The notes beneath the pieces are model-generated. The model made no database searches and was not told the DNA's origin. It saw only the letters and a program-made list of their open reading frames with translations. Of a stretch of 64,000 nucleotides of DNA, positions 1 through 9,745 are shown piece by piece. The number at the start of each line of letters is the position of its first letter. Position 1 is the first letter of the stretch. The translations under genes were made by a program, and so were the position numbers. The stretch lies in NCBI GenBank assembly GCA_003246895.1, contig QKCL01000053.1:44984-108983 (forward strand). Direction: 5' to 3'. The DNA is from Spirochaetota bacterium. GTDB taxonomy: Bacteria; Spirochaetota; UBA4802; UBA5550.

Positions 1-24
1 ATAGAGAATTTACGGAGACCTGAA

Positions 25-2583
25 ATGAAAAAAACTCTCACAGCATTCCTGTTAATTTTTTCAGTGAATATTCACGCCGAAGACGCCATGAAAGCCAGAT
101 GGGAACAGCGCAGGGATTATCTGCAGGACATAAATGGCAGAATAACAGCCGGAGCGGAGTCTCCCGTTAAAGTTCTTGTAACTGAAGAGATCATAAAAAC
201 CGGTGAATTCATTAAACTCATAGAAAAATACAACTCCGGTGACAACACCCTCCGAAGCGGAAACCGTAAATTCCCTGTCCACGAAATTGAAAAGCAGGTA
301 AAGGAAACATCCCTTCCCGTCATAAAGGCATACTATGTGAAGTCTCTGGCAGGAGATTACCTTTCAAAAACTGCCACAGACAGAATCGCGGAGCAGATAA
401 AACTCCATGGAAAATCCCTGACCTCAATTGACGACTCCGTTCTATCAGGAAATACACTCAGGGCTGCGGCCGGCGAATACATTCTTGAAACCGGAAAAAA
501 AAGATATGATCCTTCCATGAACAAAAAAATACATTCAGTAATCAGCGCCGTTGAACTGAAACTGAGCAAAACCGACTATGTCACAAACATGCAAGACCTC
601 AGGTCACTTATTATAGATGAAACAGTCAGAGTCATGGAGGAGAGCAGCATCGGTGAAGACCCCCTTGACATAAACATACTCCACTCAACTTCAACATGGG
701 AGTCTCTGTGCGGAAACGGAGTACAGCAGAATGAACTCATCACATCAGTAAAGCTTTTCGCATCGGACAGAAAAATAAACCTGCCGGAAAATGTAGACAA
801 ATTGAAACCGGACGAGATAGAAAAATATATTTTCATGTACAGATACAGGCAGATTGAACCGCTCCTTGTGAGCACTCCGGACTTCTCAGGAAAGGGAGGG
901 TACAACTCCCTCTCCTACCAGATCCCTGACCTTTCATCACTGAAGGTACTGGCAGTGGAAATAAACAGATACAGAAGCCAGATAGTGAGAAACCTGAACG
1001 GTTCCGAGGGAAGACTCTTTTCATCGAGAGTTGAAAACAGCCTTAATCAGCTGACCGGCAGATTTCTGAAGTCCATGGAAAAAAAATTTGAATCAGAGAA
1101 AAAGAGGATGGAGCGTCTTACTTCCGGGAAAAAAATATTAATCTATAATGAGGAGATGTTCAAATCAGCATGGAATATTTTCAATGAACTGAAAGTAAAG
1201 ATTACAGAATATTCCAATGATTCCGCCGCATTTATTGACTCTCTGTGCCTCATAGGGAAAAAAGATCCGGGCGAATACATCTTCACATACAAAAAACATA
1301 TGGACCGCAAGGCGGAAACAATGGCGTTTCTGGGTTCCCTCATAGAAGGATCTTCAGGATGCTCCCAATCCGCAAATGAGTCTGTCCATGTTGCATACAC
1401 AAGGGGGGTGCAGTACACAGTAAAGATCAGCCGGTCACTGCAGATGCCTGTCTCAATACCTGCGGAAGTAAGAAGAGGCATGACTGTTGAATCCCTTCAG
1501 AAGGTGAAATCTGTCAATGCCTCATTCAGGGAGAGAATGAAAAATGAAATACTCTCCATACAGAAAAACTTCAGGGACTACTCGAAAAACCATGAAGAAA
1601 AAAAGAAACAGTCTGAAAAAAGCGATACAAGGCTCATGACAAGGCTGGGTCAGGAGGAGATGGAGATACTTATTTCTTTCTCAAAAAAATGTTCATCCCG
1701 GTACGAAAAAATGAACTACAGCGATGAAGCCTTCAGACAGTACAGGGACAGGTTCACAGAACTTGCCACAGCGCTTCAGGGAAATTCATCGGACAATGCT
1801 GCGCTGTCCGCAGTTAAATCCGGAACAATTATAAGTTCCTGTCCTGGATTTGACAGCAAAACACTGGACGCCCAGTACAGCGAAAAGGTAATGCTTCGAG
1901 AAATGGGTCTCAAGTCCCTGAACGGGGCAATTGAACTCTACAGATACTATTCAGGCAAGGGAATTAAACTCAACGTTATGCCTCCTGTTGAAGAGATTGC
2001 TTCAGTAAAGAAAAAACTGACAGCGGCAAGTTCGGTAAAAATTGTTTCATGGGACATGAATGAAAAGAACTACAGGGAGACAGATGAAAAGGCCGTTGAA
2101 TACCTGAAACAGCTTATCAACAAAAAGGCATGGTTAATAAAAAAAAATGAAACCGGCCAGACATTTACATTCACCCACCCTGAATCAGGAGTGAATATTA
2201 CAGTAAGCCTGCCCGTGGGATGGATAAACAACAACAGTTTCCGCACTCTCCCCATGGGAGGATTTAAAAGAATCTACATAAGCCCCGACAGATCCGGTGA
2301 GATACATATTGTTTCCCTGAAAGAAGACGGCAAAAACCTGAAAGAGTTTCAGGAAAAGATGAACAGCCTCATGGGCTACAAACTTGTACAGAAAAAATGG
2401 GGTTCAGTATCGGGCAGAAGCTACCTCTGGACAATATCAAGAAGTGACAGGGACAAAATAGTACAGTCATACATGGTTCAGTGCAAAGGATATATAATAG
2501 TAATTTCAGGAATTTCAGACAGCGGAAAACAGAATGCAATACACAGCCACCTGGACAGCATATTCGGTTCAATCAGGGTCTGA
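25..2583 (+). CDS. Large secreted protein of unknown function (852 aa)
   Basis: ATG at 25 preceded by GGAG. N-terminal signal peptide MKKTLTAFLLIFSVNIHA. K/E-rich, no recognisable catalytic motif. The C-terminal ~150 aa could be a small beta-rich domain. Overlaps aat tail-to-tail by 15 nt. Confidence 0.5.
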   Translation: MKKTLTAFLLIFSVNIHAEDAMKARWEQRRDYLQDINGRITAGAESPVKVLVTEEIIKTGEFIKLIEKYNSGDNTLRSGNRKFPVHEIEKQVKETSLPVIKAYYVKSLAGDYLSKTATDRIAEQIKLHGKSLTSIDDSVLSGNTLRAAAGEYILETGKKRYDPSMNKKIHSVISAVELKLSKTDYVTNMQDLRSLIIDETVRVMEESSIGEDPLDINILHSTSTWESLCGNGVQQNELITSVKLFASDRKINLPENVDKLKPDEIEKYIFMYRYRQIEPLLVSTPDFSGKGGYNSLSYQIPDLSSLKVLAVEINRYRSQIVRNLNGSEGRLFSSRVENSLNQLTGRFLKSMEKKFESEKKRMERLTSGKKILIYNEEMFKSAWNIFNELKVKITEYSNDSAAFIDSLCLIGKKDPGEYIFTYKKHMDRKAETMAFLGSLIEGSSGCSQSANESVHVAYTRGVQYTVKISRSLQMPVSIPAEVRRGMTVESLQKVKSVNASFRERMKNEILSIQKNFRDYSKNHEEKKKQSEKSDTRLMTRLGQEEMEILISFSKKCSSRYEKMNYSDEAFRQYRDRFTELATALQGNSSDNAALSAVKSGTIISSCPGFDSKTLDAQYSEKVMLREMGLKSLNGAIELYRYYSGKGIKLNVMPPVEEIASVKKKLTAASSVKIVSWDMNEKNYRETDEKAVEYLKQLINKKAWLIKKNETGQTFTFTHPESGVNITVSLPVGWINNNSFRTLPMGGFKRIYISPDRSGEIHIVSLKEDGKNLKEFQEKMNSLMGYKLVQKKWGSVSGRSYLWTISRSDRDKIVQSYMVQCKGYIIVISGISDSGKQNAIHSHLDSIFGSIRV

Positions 2584-3279
2584 CATTTTTTTCAGAACAC
2601 CAAGATTCCCCCAGTTGCCGGAAAGTGTTTCCTTTTCAAGAGACCCGCTGAGAACTGAAAGAAAATATTCCCTGTCATAATCAGCGGCTCCCAGTGACTC
2701 AAGATGGGAAGTGTAAACCTGACAGTCGATGAGATCAAAATTCAGCATTTCCAGAGAACCGGCAAGTGTAATAAATGCGGCCTTTGATGCGTTAGGTACC
2801 CTTGTAAACATTGACTCCCCAAAGAACATTCTTCCAAGAGAAATGCCGTATAGACCGCCGGCAAGTTCATCACCATGCCATGCCTCAACAGAATGTGCAA
2901 TCCCCATACTGTGAAGCTGTGTATATGCTTCAATCATATCCTCATTGATCCATGTGCCACGCTCATGTTTTCTGGGGAGGCTGCATTGGCGCATTACATG
3001 TTCAAAACATGTGTCAGCAGTAAACCTGAAAGTATCCCTCCGCAGCACCTGCCTCATGGTTTTTGAAACTTTCACATCCCCGGGTTTCACGGCAAATCTC
3101 GGATCAGGAGACCACCATATAATGGGGTCACCTTCGGAATACCATGGGAAAATCCCGTTCCGGTATGCCTCAATAATCCGTTCCGGGGAAAGGTCTCCGC
3201 CCACCGCGAGTATGCCGTTTGGTTCGGAAAGGCGTACTGATGGGAATACTATTTTTTTTGAAAGCTGAAAAACTGGCAT
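2569..3279 (-). CDS. aat: Leucyl/phenylalanyl-tRNA--protein transferase (L/F-transferase)
   Basis: End-to-end similarity to E. coli Aat: EPNGILAVGGDLSPERIIEAYRNGIFPWY, DPIIWWSPDPR, HERGTWI, GESMFTRVPNASKAAF, LIDCQV. Follows clpA with a 7-nt gap. Confidence 0.9.
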   Translation of the reverse strand: MPVFQLSKKIVFPSVRLSEPNGILAVGGDLSPERIIEAYRNGIFPWYSEGDPIIWWSPDPRFAVKPGDVKVSKTMRQVLRRDTFRFTADTCFEHVMRQCSLPRKHERGTWINEDMIEAYTQLHSMGIAHSVEAWHGDELAGGLYGISLGRMFFGESMFTRVPNASKAAFITLAGSLEMLNFDLIDCQVYTSHLESLGAADYDREYFLSVLSGSLEKETLSGNWGNLGVLKKMSDPD

Positions 3280-3285
3280 TGCATG

Positions 3286-5538
3286 CTATTTTTCAACTGT
3301 TATTCTGATATCGCCGTCGACAATATCAGCAAGGGCATGTCCGCCGCCTGTGAGGCTTCCGAAAAGAACCTCGTCCACGAAAAAGGCCTTGAGCTTCTCC
3401 TGCACTATTCTGCCGATCTGCCTCGCGCCGAATTCACGGGAATATCCAAGGTCAGCAAGCCACTTCCTGCACTGGTCTGTAACTTCAAGAGTGACATTTT
3501 TCTCTTCAAGCTGACGTGCAAAGAAATTTATCTCCTTGGAAACAATATCTATCATGATCTCTTCATCAAGATCATTAAAGGTTACAATTGAATCGAGCCT
3601 GTTTCTGAATTCCGGTGAAAAGATTTTGTCAACGGCACTGTCGATTGCATCTGACTTCACGTGCCTTTCGTCAAAGCCCATCTGCTTTTTGCCGATCTCC
3701 CTTGCTCCGGCGTTGGATGTCATGATTATGATCACATTCCTGAAATCAGCCTTCTTTCCGGTATTGTCAGTGAGAGTGGCATAATCCATCACCTGAAGAA
3801 GTGTGTTGAAAATATCGGAATGTGCCTTTTCAATTTCATCCAGCAGAAGAACAGAGTAAGGTGTCTTGCGTATGGCCTCTGTAAGAAGGCCTCCCTCATC
3901 ATAACCAACATATCCCGGAGGAGCCCCTATGAGCCTGGCAACCGTGTGTTTCTCCTGATACTCACTCATGTCGAACCTGTGCATCTCAACACCAAGAGAT
4001 GAGGCAAGCTGCCTTGCAAGTTCTGTTTTACCGACTCCTGTTGGCCCCACAAAAAGAAACGAGGCAATGGGCCTGTCGGGATTGCCGAAACCTGCCCTGC
4101 TGCGTTTTATGGCATCAACGACCAGGTCAATTGCAGTATCCTGCCCAAAAATGGAATTTTTAAGGTCACTTCTCAGCTCCCTAAGCTGCGCCTTTTCCGA
4201 GGTGCTCACACTCTTTTCCGGAAGCTTTGCGATCTTTGCCACAACCTTTTCGATATCCCCAGGCCTTATTTCTATGACTTCACCCTCGCCGGTCCTGTAT
4301 ATACGCCCGTATGCACCGGCCTCGTCAATGACATCTATTGCCTTGTCCGGCAGATGCCTGTCATTTATATATTTGAAGGAGAGCTCCGCAGCCGACTGCA
4401 ATGACTCGTCACTGTATTTTACACCGTGGTACTGCTCATACTTGTCCCTGAGTCCCTTGAGGATCTCAACCGTATCCTCAATAGACGGCTCTGGAATCTC
4501 TATCTTCTGGAATCTCCTTGAAAGGGCCCTGTCCTTGTCGAAATACTTTTTGTATTCCTCATATGTAGTGGAACCGATACACTTGATCTCTCCCGAAGTG
4601 AGAACAGGTTTCAGCATATTTGACGCATCCATGGAACCGCCGGAAACAGCCCCTGCTCCGACAACTGTATGTATCTCGTCTATGAACAGAATGACATCTT
4701 CCATTTTCCTGAGCTCATGCATGACCTTCTTCATTCTCTCTTCGAAGTCTCCCCGAAACTTTGTCCCTGCCAGAAGGGCTCCCATGTCCAGAGAAAATAT
4801 TTTAAGGTCCTTGAGTTTGTCCGGCACATCTCCGTCAGCAATTCTCTGCGCCAGCCCCTCTGTTATGGCTGTTTTACCTACACCCGGGTCCCCCACGTGT
4901 ATTGGATTATTTTTTGTGCGCCTGCACAGTACCTGAATTGTTCTTTCGAGAATATCCTCCCTGCCGATGAGAGGATCCATTTCTCCGTTTCGGGCTTTTT
5001 CTGTAAGTTCCGTTGTATAGGCCTCTATTACTTTCTGGGACTTGTTCTTTTTGCTCTCATCAGCCCCTTCATCATCACCGCTGACAAACTCCTCTTTTCC
5101 GGAATCATCGGGGTATGTAGCTACTCCATGGGAAATGTACTTGAGGAGTTCAAATCTGGAAATTCCCTCAAGCTCAAGAAAATAGGCAGCATATGACTCA
5201 TCCTCATCCATTATCGAAACAAAGACATCACCGAGGTCAAGAATATCCTTCTGGGCCGAGGCAGTATGCCAGATGGCCCTTTCCATGACATTCTGAAACC
5301 CCACGGACTGTTTAGGCTCATCCACCTCAACAGTCTCTATTTTCTTTTCAAAATAGTCTTCAATATTTTTTTTCAGGCTGCTGATATCTCCTCCGGAACC
5401 CTCTATTATTCTCTTTCCGTCTTCAAAGAAAAGTGAAGCATAAAGTATATGTTCAGGTGTCAGATACTCATGTTTTTTCATTTTAGCCTCGTTAAAGGCC
5501 GCCATCAATACATCATTAAGAACTGAATTAAGCTCCAT
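3286..5538 (-). CDS. clpA: ATP-dependent Clp protease ATP-binding subunit ClpA
   Basis: 750 aa. N-domain repeat, two AAA modules ([27 protein letters not shown]), FQKIEIPEPSIEDTV and LLLDEIEKAH motifs. Collinear with E. coli ClpA. GAGGA RBS 8 nt upstream of ATG. Confidence 0.92.
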   Translation of the reverse strand: MELNSVLNDVLMAAFNEAKMKKHEYLTPEHILYASLFFEDGKRIIEGSGGDISSLKKNIEDYFEKKIETVEVDEPKQSVGFQNVMERAIWHTASAQKDILDLGDVFVSIMDEDESYAAYFLELEGISRFELLKYISHGVATYPDDSGKEEFVSGDDEGADESKKNKSQKVIEAYTTELTEKARNGEMDPLIGREDILERTIQVLCRRTKNNPIHVGDPGVGKTAITEGLAQRIADGDVPDKLKDLKIFSLDMGALLAGTKFRGDFEERMKKVMHELRKMEDVILFIDEIHTVVGAGAVSGGSMDASNMLKPVLTSGEIKCIGSTTYEEYKKYFDKDRALSRRFQKIEIPEPSIEDTVEILKGLRDKYEQYHGVKYSDESLQSAAELSFKYINDRHLPDKAIDVIDEAGAYGRIYRTGEGEVIEIRPGDIEKVVAKIAKLPEKSVSTSEKAQLRELRSDLKNSIFGQDTAIDLVVDAIKRSRAGFGNPDRPIASFLFVGPTGVGKTELARQLASSLGVEMHRFDMSEYQEKHTVARLIGAPPGYVGYDEGGLLTEAIRKTPYSVLLLDEIEKAHSDIFNTLLQVMDYATLTDNTGKKADFRNVIIIMTSNAGAREIGKKQMGFDERHVKSDAIDSAVDKIFSPEFRNRLDSIVTFNDLDEEIMIDIVSKEINFFARQLEEKNVTLEVTDQCRKWLADLGYSREFGARQIGRIVQEKLKAFFVDEVLFGSLTGGGHALADIVDGDIRITVEK

Positions 5539-5566
5539 ATTACATCCTCATTAAACCTTATGGTGA

Positions 5567-5884
5567 TCAGGCCTTCTCGCAGGAACAGCGGAGAGGGAAA
5601 GACCTCTCCTTTGCCATCCTGTGAACTTCGTCAACCTTGGTCACCGCTATATCATAAGTATAGGTTCCGCAGATCCCGTACCCCTTTTTATGCACATCCA
5701 GCATCACCTGTGTGGATTTTGCTGCCGGCATGTGAAAGACTTTCATTAACACTTCTATAACAAAATCCATTGTCGTATAATGGTCATTGTGGAGAATAAC
5801 CTTATACAGCTCCGGCTTTTTTACTTTTGTCTTTGACTCAAACCTGAGCCCGCCTTCGTGATTATCTCCCATTGAATAGGGCAT
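5567..5884 (-). CDS. clpS: ATP-dependent Clp protease adaptor ClpS
   Basis: 105 aa. YKVILHNDHYTTMDFVIEVL...ICGTYTYDIAVTKV matches the ClpS core (E. coli [20 protein letters not shown]). Lies immediately upstream of clpA. Confidence 0.9.
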   Translation of the reverse strand: MPYSMGDNHEGGLRFESKTKVKKPELYKVILHNDHYTTMDFVIEVLMKVFHMPAAKSTQVMLDVHKKGYGICGTYTYDIAVTKVDEVHRMAKERSFPLRCSCEKA

Positions 5885-5947
5885 AATAATACACTCCTGA
5901 TTACTGATTAAAAAATAATAAAATGTAATGACTATTTAAATAAATAT

Positions 5948-7273
5948 TTAAACTACCTTAATCTTGCCGTATCTGGAAATTGACTTGATCAGGAAATAAC
6001 CGAATGTGGTAAGGGATTCCCCCTGTTTGAGATATATTCTCTTTATAATAAATGCACATGCATACTGTTTCATATCAAGGCTTCTGATTATTTTAAAAAG
6101 AGTGCTGAAACGGTTTTCAAAATATACAGCAAAAATTTCAGTAATGAAATTTTCAACATCATTTTTCACCTGGGCATAATACCTTAAAAAGGAAATCTTT
6201 CTGTCAAGATAGAGATAGAGTTCAGTAAATTTTTTTGCGCTGAAATCCTTTGTAAGAAGAAAATTCACAACATCCAGTATATTCTCCATACATTTCCCTG
6301 CAGAAAGAGAGGCAGGAAATGTTTTGTATATCTGGTATATTGACAGAACCTTTTCGCTGATATCATCCTCATTGGACAAAGAGGCCTGTTTAAGCACCAT
6401 TTCATCAAAAATATCATCTATTATGCTGTCAATTTTCGTACCGTACTGCTTGCCAAAGGGGGTCAGAAGGAGCTTGTCTGAATATGAGGAAGTTCTCATA
6501 TCTCTGTTTTTCTCTTCAGCTTCACTAAGAGATGATCCGGCCCTGCTGGCAAGTTTGTCCTTTTCTATCTGTTCAAAATATTTCAAAACCTTTGAAATAT
6601 TTTCAGATATCTCAATAAGGGAAAAACGTTCTGTTCTGCCTATAAGATTAAGCTTTCTTTTCTCGTTGTCATCCTCATTGAAAAAGTATTTTATATAGGT
6701 CTTGTCATCCCACCAGTCAGGCCTGTTCAGGATTCGCACATAGGCATCATGGAGGGATGCCGCTATATATCCGTGCTGGGCCTTGTGGGAAAGGATTACA
6801 GAACTCTTACTGAGCTCTTTCATTGTCTTTACGTGACCGTGAAGTTCATTAATAGGCATTGCAAGGGTTGTATTGCTCTTGTTCATATTCATGTTGTACT
6901 GCTGAACCTGATGGCTCAGCCGGTTTTCCATCATGTTCCTTATGGAAATATAGGCTGAAATAGACTGCGGATTATAGACATCTGAAAAAATATTTGAAAA
7001 ATACTCCTCTTCAAGATCCCGTTTCCCTTTCTGGGCAATGATATAGATTCTTGAGATGGCCTGCATCTCTACAAGAATATCCGTTATCATATTAGTCTGA
7101 CTGCTGTTTAGGCTGTAGCTGTAGTTTATAATGGCAGAAAGTTTCCCTTCAGTGAGAATTTCAGCATAGTCAGTCAGTTTGTTTATGATCTTGTTGATCA
7201 TTCCATAATCGACAAATGCCTTAATCTTCTTCAGGTCAGTTGTTATTGTGTCATTGATAATCATTTCTTCCAT
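5948..7273 (-). CDS. Hypothetical protein (441 aa), first gene of the clpS-clpA-aat cluster
   Basis: Long ORF with AT-rich codon usage and no family I can recognise. Contains an ELHGHV...SHKAQHGY His-rich stretch. Same strand as clpS, 63 nt upstream of it. Confidence 0.5.
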   Translation of the reverse strand: MEEMIINDTITTDLKKIKAFVDYGMINKIINKLTDYAEILTEGKLSAIINYSYSLNSSQTNMITDILVEMQAISRIYIIAQKGKRDLEEEYFSNIFSDVYNPQSISAYISIRNMMENRLSHQVQQYNMNMNKSNTTLAMPINELHGHVKTMKELSKSSVILSHKAQHGYIAASLHDAYVRILNRPDWWDDKTYIKYFFNEDDNEKRKLNLIGRTERFSLIEISENISKVLKYFEQIEKDKLASRAGSSLSEAEEKNRDMRTSSYSDKLLLTPFGKQYGTKIDSIIDDIFDEMVLKQASLSNEDDISEKVLSIYQIYKTFPASLSAGKCMENILDVVNFLLTKDFSAKKFTELYLYLDRKISFLRYYAQVKNDVENFITEIFAVYFENRFSTLFKIIRSLDMKQYACAFIIKRIYLKQGESLTTFGYFLIKSISRYGKIKVV

Positions 7274-7387
7274 TTAAAAACCCAGAACCGCATAATAACA
7301 ATTTATATAAGACAAAACGTGTAAATAATAATTATTACCCCAGTCAGGCATATATGTAAATAATATTAACATAAAAAAATTATTTTT

Positions 7388-7418
7388 TTGACATTTATAA
7401 AAAAAGTAATATTATAAT
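7388..7418 (+). promoter_or_regulatory. Candidate sigma70-like promoter for the hybrid sensor kinase gene
   Basis: TTGACA at 7388-7393, then a 17-19 nt AT-rich spacer and ATTATAAT (7411-7418), inside a ~230-nt AT-rich intergenic region. The gene starts at 7504 with GGAG 14 nt upstream. Confidence 0.3.
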
Positions 7419-7503
7419 TCTAATGAATAATTAAAATTTTATTATACCATTTTTTCCATTAAGATGCATGATTTTAATCCTTTAAGCGGAGAAATTATTA
7501 CCA

Positions 7504-9546
7504 ATGTACAATATACTCATTGTGGAAGACGATAAACCATCCGGCCTCATACTCAAAAAACTCCTTACAAAAGAGGGATACAATATAACCGGAATATATG
7601 AATCAGGAGAAAAGACTCTTGAAGTCATTAAAAATGTGACAAAACCGGATCTTGTCCTCATGGACATTAGCCTTTCAGGTAAAATTGACGGAATTGAAAC
7701 TGCAGAAAAACTTTTCAATGAATACAACATACCATTTATATATATTACAGCATCAAGTGACAGGGATGTAATCGAAAGAGCCAAAAAAACCATGCCCCTG
7801 AACTACATTGTAAAACCCTTCAATTCACACACACTGTGCTCAACAATTGAAATGGCCATGTACAGATACAATATGGAATCAAAGCTGTCACGCTCAACCG
7901 ATACACTTGACAGAATAATTAATGCAATCCCGGACTTCATGTTTGAAATTGACAGAGAAGGGAACCCCATTAATGAAGCAGACAGTGAAGTTCTTCATAA
8001 ATACTGGTCTCATGAACACACTGCTGATGTAGCTAATCTGCTGGACAGTGCTGCAGAGACCCACGAAGTTCAGATATATGAATACAAACTAAAAAAAGAC
8101 AGCCTTAAAAACTATGAGGCAAGAATAATATTCGTTGAAACAAACCGTTTTCTGTTCATTATCCGGGACATCACAGAGAGAAAACTGGCTGAAGACAAAA
8201 TAAAAGACCATCTGGCCGGTCTTGAAGCGGATGTTAACTCAAGGACTGAAGAAATTCAGGCCATGAACAGAACGATGAAAAAGGAAATAGAACTCCGGAC
8301 TCTCGCAGAAGATGAAATAAGGGTGTTCATGGAACTCTTTGAACAGAGCACAAGGATTTCCGTAATTGCAAACAGTGAAGGCTGTATAACAAATGTCAAC
8401 CAGACCTTTCTAGATCTCACAGGTCTTACCCGTTCCGAATGCAGTGAAAAATGTCTTTTCACTGCCAACAGCTTCATCTTTAAAAATGAAAAAATGAAGG
8501 AACAGATCGAAAAAAATGACATATGGAAAGGAGAAATTTCAAACAAAAACAAAAGCGGAGAAACATTCTACCTTGATGCAATAATATTCAAAATCAGGAA
8601 CAGGGATGGAGAAGTTACACACATCGCCCTTAGTGCGGAAGATATTACACAGAAAAAGATTGATGAAGAGGATCTAAAGAAAACAAGGGATCTTCTTCTC
8701 AAGTCATCTGCAGATTCGATTGACAAGGAAATGGACTGGCAGACATGGAAGGAGAAGATGCTCAGCCGTAATGTTTCCAGAACTGACAAATCAATCTTTC
8801 ACAACATAAACAACAGTTTTACACAGGGAGCAGGTTTCGGAACACTCATAGCCTTCATGGAAATGATGTCAAGCACCTCAGTCAGGGAAAACGACAAAGT
8901 CATCATAGACAGCAATATATTCACCCACGCAATGGAGAACGTCAAGATCGCCCAGAGTGCCTTTAAAATTTTCGCGAGTATTGACTGGGTAATAGGAAAC
9001 GAAGTTGAACTGAAGGAACTCAAGGTAGGTGACATTTATAAACTTGTGAAGGTCGTCATCGACAACTGCAGCGAAATGGCTGCAATAAACAACCACAGAA
9101 TAATAATAAATGAATACCCCGAAGACATTGAAAACTTCAGTATAAGAATCAACACAGACTACATGGCAGATTCAATAAAAGAAATACTTATAAATGCCAT
9201 GAAATTCTCCAAGCATGGAAGCACCATTGCTGTCATGATTTATTCCCAGAACAAGAATCTCCGTATTTCGACAATAAGTGATCCTGAAAAAAATTCTGAC
9301 GATGTAGTCGGTATTCCAATAGAATACGAAAAAGTTGTATTTGAACCCTTCTACAGAATATCGAAGCTGGTATACGAAAAATACCATACACTGGACTTCG
9401 GTATCGGACTTACATATGTTGAAAAAATAGTGAAAAGGCATGGAGGAGAAATCTTTGCCGAAAATATACTGGACTATTCTGATATAAAAAAGGAACCTAT
9501 AATAAAAGTGAATCTCATGATATCACTTCCTTATATCTTTGAATAG
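7504..9546 (+). CDS. Hybrid signal-transduction protein: N-terminal receiver domain, PAS domains, C-terminal histidine-kinase-like ATPase
   Basis: Receiver motifs at the N-terminus (LIVEDD...DLVLMDISL...K). Central PAS-like segments. C-terminal HATPase-like region (NAMKFSKHG...DFGIGLTYVEKIVKRHGGEI). Confidence 0.75.
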   Translation: MYNILIVEDDKPSGLILKKLLTKEGYNITGIYESGEKTLEVIKNVTKPDLVLMDISLSGKIDGIETAEKLFNEYNIPFIYITASSDRDVIERAKKTMPLNYIVKPFNSHTLCSTIEMAMYRYNMESKLSRSTDTLDRIINAIPDFMFEIDREGNPINEADSEVLHKYWSHEHTADVANLLDSAAETHEVQIYEYKLKKDSLKNYEARIIFVETNRFLFIIRDITERKLAEDKIKDHLAGLEADVNSRTEEIQAMNRTMKKEIELRTLAEDEIRVFMELFEQSTRISVIANSEGCITNVNQTFLDLTGLTRSECSEKCLFTANSFIFKNEKMKEQIEKNDIWKGEISNKNKSGETFYLDAIIFKIRNRDGEVTHIALSAEDITQKKIDEEDLKKTRDLLLKSSADSIDKEMDWQTWKEKMLSRNVSRTDKSIFHNINNSFTQGAGFGTLIAFMEMMSSTSVRENDKVIIDSNIFTHAMENVKIAQSAFKIFASIDWVIGNEVELKELKVGDIYKLVKVVIDNCSEMAAINNHRIIINEYPEDIENFSIRINTDYMADSIKEILINAMKFSKHGSTIAVMIYSQNKNLRISTISDPEKNSDDVVGIPIEYEKVVFEPFYRISKLVYEKYHTLDFGIGLTYVEKIVKRHGGEIFAENILDYSDIKKEPIIKVNLMISLPYIFE

Positions 9547-9556
9547 GAGAATAACG

Positions 9557-9745
9557 ATGCCATATGTAGATGTAAAAACAGCGGGTCCCCTCACAGTTGA
9601 ACAGAGAAGGGAAATTGCAAAAAGAATCTCAGATGCCATGGTGGAGGTTGCCGGAAAATCCCCAAAATCAACATATATCACTTTTCAGGAAATTGACAGG
9701 GATATGTGGGCAGTGGGAGAAGAGCTCCTTTCTGATAAAAAATAA
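9557..9745 (+). CDS. Tautomerase-superfamily (4-oxalocrotonate tautomerase-like) small protein
   Basis: 62 aa beginning MPYVDV, with Pro right after the initiator Met. Pattern EQRREIAKRISDAMVEVAGKSP...ITFQEIDRDMWAVGEEL resembles 4-OT. GGAG RBS. The 9539 TTG start in the ORF track overlaps the upstream stop and is probably not used. The TAA stop overlaps the ATG of the next gene (TAATG). Confidence 0.6.
   Translation: MPYVDVKTAGPLTVEQRREIAKRISDAMVEVAGKSPKSTYITFQEIDRDMWAVGEELLSDKK

Noticed and set aside
3968-4936. 322-aa plus-strand ORF, and others at 3661-4002 and 4669-5196, inside the clpA region
   Set aside because: They are antisense to a strongly conserved ClpA reading frame. These are shadow ORFs with Ser/Pro/Leu-rich low-complexity translations.
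6324-6958. Plus-strand ORFs of 124 aa and 69 aa inside the 441-aa hypothetical gene
   Set aside because: They are short and antisense to a longer continuous ORF, and have no RBS.
9539-9556. ORF-track start (TTG) for the tautomerase-like gene that overlaps the kinase stop
   Set aside because: ATG at 9557 has a GGAG RBS and yields the family-typical Met-Pro N-terminus. The TTG extension is unnecessary.
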